NCBI GenBank assembly: GCA_012026655.1
Contig: JAAILG010001904.1
Coordinates: forward strand, 1 to 60,400
Source: Hydrolagus affinis
Lineage: Eukaryota
Length of the DNA stretch: 60,400 bases
Direction: 5' to 3'
How positions within the stretch are numbered: the first letter of the stretch is position 1; the number at the start of each line of letters is the position of its first letter. Under the pieces are notes generated by a model, which had not been told where the DNA came from, did no database searches, and saw only the letters and a list, made by a program, of their open reading frames with translations. Below are positions 51,844 through 60,400 of the stretch, piece by piece. The position numbers and the translations under genes were made by a program.

Positions 51844-54099
51844 TCCAAGTACAGTATTCAATTTTGTTTTCAAGAAATGGAACAAAGGTATGAATCATGA
51901 TATAATAGAAATTTGGGACAGGAAAAGAGAGTTGTCAATCTAGTCCATTCCATAATGGACCATTCTATCACATGCATTATCTGTTTAGTATTTACTGTTT
52001 AGTATCTCACTTTCCTGAATTCTTACAAAATATTGTAATATTTGTACGTCTCAACTATTTATTCATCTATTTCTCGAATCTGTGCAGAGTACAGTGTGTA
52101 AGTATGCATGAATAAAGTGAAAGACTTCAATCAAAGGTTCCAGATGAAGGAATGAACAAGAAAAACGTACATTTTCTTAGAAGAAATGATAGACGTAAGA
52201 AACGATAGGATCGATATTGTGGTACAGTACAATACTTACAAACACATTATGTTTCACTTAATCACCTACAATTCTGACCTAGTAACACATTGGCTATCTA
52301 GTACTAAAACACAAACTCCAGAAATCAAAGCCTCCCTGAAGTCCATTCTACCTGGAATAATATAGTTACACATATAGATAGAAATGGATGTCAAATAGCA
52401 TGCCAAGAATTGCAAACAATGCACATTCTCTGGGAACCAAAGGGGTGCTTGACAGTGATGGACGAGATTGTTGTCAAATTGTCTCTGCTTCAAAATTCTG
52501 TGCCGTGGGACACAAATAAAGATGAAAGGCACAATTTTAATAGCAACTGAATATGAATCATGATCCAAAATAAAATTACACTTGTATCCAATTTCATAAC
52601 ATTTCATGTCTGTTTTAACAGGTAAAAGCAGAATAGATACCAGCACTAAACATCTGTAATATAGTAGCTAGCACCAAACCGTAAAAAAAATTGCTTCCTG
52701 CTTTTGCTTGAACAAGCACTACCGGTACTTTGTTTCATTATCAGACAGATAGATCTATTTTGAAAATAATACAAATAGTAGAAATCTAAACTTAGTCTTT
52801 ATTAGCAGCACGTAAACAGTTACATTGTCATAGTTTTCTGATCCAAACATTGATCAACTCCAAACAAATCCACAAGCTTAAATGCTAATCACATATATTA
52901 TATATCACATATACTTTTAAGAGATTGTGTGTCTGCTAGACTGTTGTGTGTTGCATATAATATATTTTGTTAAGTGGTAAATAATTTTTGCATTTGGTAT
53001 ATCACCTTGTCACGTCTTCAAAACATCTCAAAGCGACTTCACAGTAAAGTCAATTGACTATATTTTGGGACAAATGTACATTTCTAGTTACTATATTTCT
53101 ATTTTCTATCTACCTTTTTCTCTTTTGATTTGGTAGTGTGTTTGGGGTATTACTACAGGTAAAGATGTTCAATATTCAAGATATTCTATTAATTATCCGT
53201 TGATTAAAATTCAAAAGATGTAAGGACCTGGGCTTTTGAAATTTAAATTGAAGGGAAACCACTCATTTTTACAAGATCACTGTCTCTATACTCTTCCTGT
53301 ATATACAGCCAATGTGCTCGGAAGTTACCCAGTACTCAGAATGGCTCAGAACTTTTCTGCTCGGAAGTTATCCAGTGAATCGGAGCATTATATCCATAAC
53401 TAGCTTCCTCGTCTAGATACACAATGCAATCACAGTGAAACGTGACAGATCAGTATCTCAAAGTCCAACTTTCTTATAAGAGCAGCCTAAACATAAAGGA
53501 GAAGTCCTCCCTTTCTTATTGGTTAGTTGTTTTTTTGTCTCTCTCTCTGTCTTCTGTCTAAAATATACTAATGTAGTTGTTAAAATTAGCAGAAAAAAAC
53601 AGTTGATGCAGATTGCTATTTTTATTATACATTTGTATTTTAAGTACTGGCTCTACCTATGGAAGAGAGATATGATTGATTCATTCATCCCAATCTTTGT
53701 CTCCCAAATTCTATTTAATTGCTGCTAATAATACATAATTTGCCTTTTAGAACTGACAGGAAGCACAATGAATACAGATTGTTGATTTCATTGCTGATCC
53801 ATCCTCTGAATTAAACTCCCTTTTCTGTAGATTTCTCTTCATACGGTTAACAGCTGACTGAAAGGGGAAGCTGCTTTAGGTGGACTGTGGCCTTTCTCTT
53901 AACCTGCATTTGGAATGAGCTACTAAAGTCTTTATATCTTCTAGTGTTTGCAGAGTGTGGTGAGGACTGGAAGTGGATGGGATGATGGGCACAGCCAATG
54001 AGTTTCAATTTTATATCAATGCAATTTTCTAAACTTACGGAACTGTTGCCAACTATCACCGCAAGGACCACATGTTTGACACCCCTGCTCCAAAGTGTA

Positions 54100-54370
54100 T
54101 CTGTAGGTAAATGTGGCAGCCAATTTGCACTTGGCAATATCCCACAAACAGCCATTGAAGTGAATGTCAGGACTATTGTTGTCCAGTACACTGGCTAACA
54201 CCCTTCTCTTTTCAAATAACATAATAGGATCTTTGACAGGCAACCTTGGCTTCACATCACAGCTGAAGGAAGGCCCTTCTGACAATGCAGCAGTCCCCAA
54301 GCACAGCATTGTTATCTCAGCCTAGGCTTTGAGCACAAATTCTCAACATTGGCCTTGACTCAGAGCATTA
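54100..54370 (-). mobile_element. Ancient DeuSINE (SacSINE1/AmnSINE1-like) fragment with a longer central domain
   Basis: GGCAGCCAATTTGCAC...ATCCCACAAACAGC plus GACAATGCAGCAGTCCCC...TCAGCCTAG...TGACTCAGAG resemble the Deu domain as I recall it. Confidence 0.65.
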
Positions 54371-55883
54371 ACAATTGAAACAGACTAACAAATGGGAGAG
54401 CAACTTGTTTAAAATGGTAATAATTGTCACACATCTGTTTTTTTCACCCCTTTTTAAAAAATGAGTTTATGTCTAATTAAATCTGTTTTAATTGTTTTTG
54501 CTAAATAGGTCAAGTGATTATTCTGAACCTCCTAATAAAAATGGCAAATTGAAAATAGCACTTTTAGCTAACTATGAACAACAGGACTACTGTGATAAAT
54601 ACAGAGGTTTATATAGTTGAATATGTGAATGAATCATAAGACAACAGATGGGATATTTTATATTTTGAGTCAATTTTACGAGCAGGGTTGCTGTGATAAA
54701 TACTGTAATTAAACTGTTAGACACTTTTGGCTGTAAAACAACATTGATAGTTATTTTATTCTTTTTATAACAATAAATCTCACTTGGGTTATACAGAATG
54801 GAAAGGTCAATCTGGATTGAATACGGCTTTATGCTTGGCTGCATGTAGAATCAATGGGACAATGCAATCTGTTGTGCTTTGAATCCTATTTATTTTCTAT
54901 TTTTATGCATATCACAGCTGTATTCTTATTAACTTTTTTTGAGGTGGTAAGAATCCTGATACAATTTAAATTTACAATTTAAATTCAAACCCAAGTGTAT
55001 ACAGCAAAGGAGTGCCCAGAAACATAAAATGTTCCTTTCATCCTAAAATGCAAAAAAGTAGTCAGTGAGATCTATTTTTCACAGATTGTGAAACATAGTG
55101 ATCATTGAGTTGCATCTCTGCAGTGGGAAAACCCTGGACTGTCTGTTCATCTTCGCTTTTCTGAACATGAGGCCCCTTTGTTGCCACTTGTTTTCACTTG
55201 TATAGTTTCCAAATGCAACACACTGGGTCTGAAATTCCATCTAATCTTATTTAAATAAGACTATTTTGTCTTAATTTTTAAGATTGTGTAGAAGTTTTGA
55301 AAACTTCTAATAAGTCTTCATTCAGTTGGTTTTAAGAACTGTGGCATCCAAACTGAAGCCAAGTTTAAGCATTTTTTCACAGTTTAATGCAATTTGTAAA
55401 GGTTTTTTATTCGTTAAAGAAAATGCAAGAGACAATTAATTAAGATCATTGAACTTATAATGCATATGGTACTAGTTGTCACAGCATAAGCAGACAAAGT
55501 CCCAACAAACTGCAGCTTCCCAAAGTTACTTGTCTCTGCTAGAAAACATCTGGTCTGTCTGCTTCTAAGTAAAATGGTGCATTTAGAAAAAACTGCTGAA
55601 ATTCAAAAGGTGTATTTGACCAGTTATAAGCATATTTTAGGTACAGACTTTGAGCAGAGAAGCTCTCTGAAAACTATGGATGTTTTTTCATTTCTGTCTG
55701 GAGAATTCTGTCTTGTTTCTCCTCAGTTGTCTAGAATGAGTCAAATAATTTTACATCAAATGACTATTATTGGAAAGGACTCGACTTGCAGTTTGAGTTC
55801 TCTTTCCTTTTGTGAACATGGTAAAATGCACATATAGATAAAGTTAAAACAATGTATCTTGAACAACACACATTTCATAGCTG

Positions 55884-55940
55884 CAGAGATGTTGATTGAT
55901 CTTCTGTAAATTTTCAGCATTTTTCTTTTTTGTTCAGATT
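55884..55940. mobile_element. Decayed arm of the same foldback family as 6524-6748
   Basis: AGATGTTGATTGATCTTCTG...TTTTCAGCATTTTTCTTTTTTGTTCAGATT. Confidence 0.45.
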
Positions 55941-56049
55941 AAGACTAGCTTCAGTTTTCTAACAAGTTTATATCTACTGCATAAATGAAACTGTTTACTG
56001 GAGCACAGTGAAACACTATTCTGATTTTCAAGTAAAACTGATTTTTAGT

Positions 56050-56333
56050 TTTCCCATCTTCTAGATGTCTCAAAACGCTTCACAGAATATACTGTAAAAA
56101 GTGAATTGTATACAGTATATGTGGGTGAAACGCAGCAGGCAATTACGCACAGCAGTGACCCACAAACAGTTGTGGATTGAAATGACCAATTTATTATTGC
56201 TTTTTTATTGAGGAATTATTATTAGGAGTGTGGAGCAAGGAAGCTTGCCCAAATTTTAACCCTGCTTGGAATTGAACCCAGGTTTCTCGCTTGTAAGGGC
56301 AAGTGTTCTAACCACTGAACTACAGGACTCCAC
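56050..56333 (-). mobile_element. Deu-type SINE with intact head and tail end missing
   Basis: Head GTGGAGTCCTGTAGTTCAGTGGTTAGAAC...GGTTCAATTCC. Confidence 0.92.
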
Positions 56334-57217
56334 TAAAATAAACAATGGAAGCACGACATTTACATAATGAAATGATAGAATGTTAACTTGCATTGAAACA
56401 GAGTAAAACAAGTAAGTTTGAAAAAGTGGGTATCCTGGAAGGGTGAGATCAGATGGGCCAAATGGTGTTCTCATTCAACTGATCTTTCGATATTTAGTGC
56501 ATGCCTTTAGTATTGTGGTATTCTTTCAAAGGTAAATACAGTACTGTAGATGTTTATAATCGAGAATATTTAATTATGTTAATAAATTCATTCCACTGCT
56601 ATAATTTCATGTTATTTTCAACATATCACTTGATAGCAATCTTTTATCTTTTCTTTATTAGCTGCAAATAGTAAGGCAACTGAATTGTGTCTGTAATAAA
56701 TAAACATCAATGCCCATTAAATGCTGTGCACTGGTAGGAAGCATTGCTCTTGTTTCACAGATAATCTGTTCTAATTTTCACAGCCAGTGCAATATATATA
56801 CAGTATATATATATATATATATGTCACAAGAAGCTTGAATATCATCTATGTGCACAATGGAGCCTATCAGATTTTTACTAAAAGGATGCTGAATGCTTTA
56901 ACTTCATTTTTCATGATTTATTGTGTCTTTTGATTTCATTCTGTTTCTAACCTACTGACTGAACAAGGGGTAGCTTTGTCAGCCATCTGTCATATGATCC
57001 AGACTGTCCAAGCTGGAGGCGTTATTGGCATACCTGGATAGTTGAGAAAGTTTAGGTTTAACCATTGAGCTAATTTAAAATCAACTCACTCAATGTGTCA
57101 TTTCATTAGTCTAGAGTTGAAGAAACTATGGAACAGAGGAGCAGAGATGCTTGTGCTATGACATTGATTCCAAATAGTTCAAGGTGCCACTTATTATTGA
57201 TTATTGAAGTTTATATG

Positions 57218-57330
57218 AATAATAATAATCCTTGCATTTGATATAGTGACTTATCGGGTGATTGAGACGTCTCAAAGCGCTTCACAGAATATACTGTAAA
57301 GTGAATTGACTGTATATTTTATGGGCAAAA
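57218..57330 (-). mobile_element. SINE 3' fragment
   Basis: Family tail sequence. Confidence 0.88.
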
Positions 57331-57473
57331 GTTCACTCACTGTTTTCCAAACAAAAGACATGCTATTTTCCTTGTTCCTTATCTGTCACAGACAGTGTGG
57401 ATAATTAACTTGATTCTGCTTTGCAGTTAGATTGTGATGTACATCATTATTAAGAGTTCTCATTTGTAGAGCT

Positions 57474-58161
57474 AGGAAACCAGATAGACAGAGGACAATT
57501 GTTTTTCAGATACCTTCAGGTTCTGCCAATAATGTGATGTGATAATTAACACGTAAAATGCATTTTCCCCCATAAATACTTCATTTTCTACTTTATATTG
57601 GTACAAAAAAAACTTAGAATTACATCATGATACTATATTACCATACAACATTCAGGTCAAATCATTAAATATGTTGATATAGTTCTTTTTTTTAACATTC
57701 TTTTTAAATAACAAGCCAGGCATATTTGAATGGGATTTCTAACTAGTTTGGGGGAATATGTTGACCATTTTCATTGGGGGGTTCTGAAAACCCCAAACCA
57801 CAAGCCAACATAAAACATAAAAGGTTTTGAGGGAGTTCAACATAAATACAAAGGCAAGATGAGAGAGAAGATAGAAGAAAGAAATCGGGCATGAGAAAGG
57901 AGAGATAGCAGCTGAGAAAGGAATGAGACATGTGAATACAGAAAAGACAAAAGGGAAAGACTGAGTAAAGAAAAGCTTGGTCTCTGGAGACCGACAGTAT
58001 TGGTACCTCTCTAGCCTTAATTATTTCTTTCAAAGGCTCAAAAAAATCATAATTTCATTAACACCACCTTTACAGAATTCAGCATCACAATCCAGAAGCA
58101 AAGGAAACCAGATAGATGGAGAACAATTGTTTTATAGATACATTCAGGTTCTGCCAACAAT
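57474..58161. repeat. Dispersed 60-bp direct repeat (57474-57533, 58102-58161)
   Basis: AGGAAACCAGATAGA...ACAATTGTTTT..AGATAC.TTCAGGTTCTGCCAA.AAT in both copies. Confidence 0.85.
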
Positions 58162-58512
58162 AGCATTGCAATTTTATAAATGAAATAAACAATTAAAAAT
58201 ATCATGGGACATTGAGGCATGACATGTTTTTGAATAATAATTTGGAGTCTATTATAATATAGCACAAAAAATTGTGATATTTTTATTACATCTAACATTG
58301 AGAAACAGGGATATGTATTTAGTCTGTGTTGGTGCACATCATCAATGTTACTGTACTTGGAGGCACATGGAATTTTGTACCCCTAATATTTGGCTTGTAA
58401 AATAGCTGAGCTCACAATATTCATAAGAAAATGATTGATCTTCAACAAGATGCTAAAGATATGTGTTTAGCTGGTTAAACTCTAGAAGTATCCACCCTCC
58501 TTGGAAGCGAGA

Positions 58513-58609
58513 GACCTGGGTTCGATTCCTGGCAGGGTGAAACCTTGGTCAAGCTTCTTGTTTGAAAACTTGCCCAAGGTTTCACCCTGCTGGGAATCAA
58601 ACCCAGGTC
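58513..58609. mobile_element. Two SINE head fragments in inverted orientation
   Basis: 44-bp arms (39/44 identical) around a 9-nt loop, each with a B-box-like motif. Confidence 0.88.
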
Positions 58610-59184
58610 ATGTGTTTTGTGCGAATATATATTGACTCAGTATTGCTTGCTTCTGCCCACCCCCTCTCTAACACGCATTCCATATTTCTCAATAATAATG
58701 TGTGCAGGATCAGAAATCACGAGAAGAGAAAAAGAGGATTAAGGTGGTCATCACAACATTTCTTTCAAAATTATTGATTAACCCCCAACTTTTCCCTAAC
58801 TGTTCAGTGCCTTGGGACGTTCTCAAATGTAATTTGTTTTCTGTTTAATGAACTTCAAGAAAATTTATGTGAAAAAAACCCCCTCAAATATGCACACAGT
58901 TAATTTTACAGATTTCTTTTAACATAAAAAACAAGTAATAAACCGTGCGAATTGCATAACATCACGGTGCTCATTTCCTTAGACAAGCTTGGAAACTTCA
59001 GAACCTAAATCCCTACCGGGTACAAAACTTTAACGTGAGGGAGGGTGCACTAGACAACACCTTTACGATTACTGGAAACTCCCCCCCCACCCACCCCACC
59101 CCCGAATGCAAAGCCTTGCCCGGGAATAATGCGCCATTTGTTGCAGATTCTCCAGAACCTCCGGTAGGAAATAACAATGGCGAA

Positions 59185-59277
59185 TCATCATTGCATTTGA
59201 CGTAGCGTCTTCCTGACGTGTCAAAGCGCTTCACGGAACATACTGTAAAGTGAATTGACTGTATTATTGTGTGGGGA
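59185..59277 (-). mobile_element. SINE 3' fragment at the CpG-island edge
   Basis: TTGCATTTGACGTAGCG...AAAGCGCTTCACGGAACATACTGTAAAGTGAATTGACTGTAT. Confidence 0.85.
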
Positions 59278-59761
59278 CGACGACGACATATAAATGAATA
59301 AATATGTTAAGCATAAGCAGAGCTGTAAGTTTTATTTTGTCAGAGGGAGGCAGTGAATGGGTTAACTTTGCTAAACCAGCTCCTGCCTGGCTCCAGACAG
59401 ACAGACAGACAGACAGAGACCACCAGCATCAGCAGCAACGACAGCCGCCGGAGCAACCTAACTTGGGTGCCGCGGAGAAGTCACCACCCACCGGACGCGG
59501 TGGTTGGCCGACTCCTAGTCGAGAGGCGGACGCCCGAGAGCTTTCCCGGCTTCTGATTGGCCGACGACCAGTGTCAATCAGCCGGCTCGAGGCCAGCACG
59601 GCAGGTTGCATCCAGTATGTGTGTCTCGCGCTCGCCCCCCCCCCGCCCCCCCCCCCCCCCACCCCTTTCCTCTCCATCCCTTTCTCCCGCCCCTTTTCCC
59701 GGGCGGCGCTAATTGATTGTCAGTCAGTCAAGTCAGTCAGGGCGGTGAGGAGAGAGGGAGG

Positions 59762-59908
59762 ATGGAGGCAGCGGCGGCGGCGGTGGTGGCGGCGGCAGCA
59801 GTAGCAGCAGCAGGGGTAGGAGGAGGCTGTGTCGGTACGGAGAACGGTGCCCTGGGCCCCGCGACCGTGAGCCACGTTGACCCGCCATGCCGCCGCGGCT
59901 GCTGCTGA
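59762..59908 (+). CDS. Poly-Ala ORF: 48-aa uORF, or first coding exon if spliced at 59866
   Basis: Strong Kozak context AGGATGG; MEAAAAAVVAAAAVAAAGVGGGCVGTENGALGPAT, then a possible donor ACC|GTGAGC; unspliced it stops at 59908. Confidence 0.3.
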   Translation: MEAAAAAVVAAAAVAAAGVGGGCVGTENGALGPATVSHVDPPCRRGCC

Positions 59909-60282
59909 GAAGAAGCCACGGTGTGGTTGTGGCGTCTCCCATTCCCCTCCGTCCCCATTTCCCCCTCACCGTCCCGTCTCCCGGTCCCCCACTCCCCTCA
60001 TCCTCACCCACCCATACCCCCCCCTCCCTCCCCCCTCCCTCGCCTCTTCTCCTCTCACTTTTGGTTTCTCTCTCTGGGACAGCTTTTGCTGAACTAGTGA
60101 TTGAGGTTTGACTCCCCGGTCCCGAGAGTGGGGAGGGCGAGCTGTCACGGCGTCTGAGAGGGACGGCGGCGGCGACTGTGGTGACACTGACAGCCTGAGC
60201 CCCCTCCCTCCTCTCCCCTCACTCCCATCCCTCCTTCCCTTCCTCCGGGGGGGGGGGGTGGGGGGTGGAGGAGGGAAAGGAA

Positions 60283-60301
60283 AGAAGAAGAAGAAGAAGA
60301 A
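60283..60301. repeat. (GAA)n microsatellite
   Basis: Seen directly; (GACA)n at about 59395-59415 and (TA)n at about 60383-60399 lie nearby. Confidence 0.9.
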
Positions 60302-60400
60302 GCGATCGCTGAACTTGGGAACCTTGAAGTCTCTCTCCCTCTCCCTCTCCCATGTTTTAAACCGGCTTTTTTTAAAAAAAATTATATATATATATATATT

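Larger units (their letters stand above)
59430..60310 (+). promoter_or_regulatory. CpG-island promoter and first exon/5'UTR of an unidentified plus-strand gene, possibly bidirectional
   Basis: Abrupt GC/CpG rise; inverted CCAAT box (CTGATTGG 59553-59560); TGTCAATCA PBX/PKNOX-type site 59572-59580; GC boxes at 59641 and 59684; GGC/GCA repeats and C/G tracts typical of housekeeping 5' ends. Confidence 0.85.

Noticed and set aside
53315-53376. Repeat-spacer-repeat as a CRISPR-like array
   Set aside because: Only two short repeats, vertebrate context and no cas genes.
482-59234. Most ORFs of 60-170 aa in the supplied track
   Set aside because: No recognisable domains; lengths are as expected by chance, and many are translations of SINE, LINE or simple repeats.
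59304-59804. 166-aa ORF across the CpG island
   Set aside because: Stop-poor GC-rich promoter DNA; the Pro, Gln and Arg runs come from simple repeats.
59430-60400. Assigning gene names to the plus-strand gene or the leftward gene at 40 kb
   Set aside because: No diagnostic coding sequence lies in the window, so any symbol would be a guess.

Overview
Vertebrate, mostly non-coding, AT-rich and CpG-depleted DNA with one 100-N assembly gap. The repeat content (tRNA-headed SINEs with Deu-domain/L2-type 3' ends, L2 and CR1 LINE fragments, a Penelope-type foldback element) suggests a cartilaginous fish, probably a chimaera such as Callorhinchus; this is recognition from memory, not a database result. 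I cannot identify any protein-coding gene: the only recognisable peptides in the ORF track are decayed L2/CR1 ORF2 C-termini. The inferred layout has three parts. (1) A CpG-island promoter and first exon at about 59.4-60.4 kb drives a plus-strand gene that leaves the window. (2) A promoter-like 5' region at about 39.9-40.5 kb points leftward; its gene would have 0-40 kb as intron and a probable non-coding exon at 7470-7584. (3) Several minus-strand splice signals between 45 and 51 kb could belong to a divergent spliced transcript, possibly encoding a 40-aa micropeptide (speculative). I found no convincing new multi-gene system. The best leads are the putative micropeptide transcript, a poly-Ala ORF on a GGC/GCA repeat at the CpG island, stacked 5' splice sites at 40 kb, a TSD-flanked foldback element with a decayed hammerhead-like core, and two nested retrotransposon insertions. 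Coordinates of old repeats are approximate.
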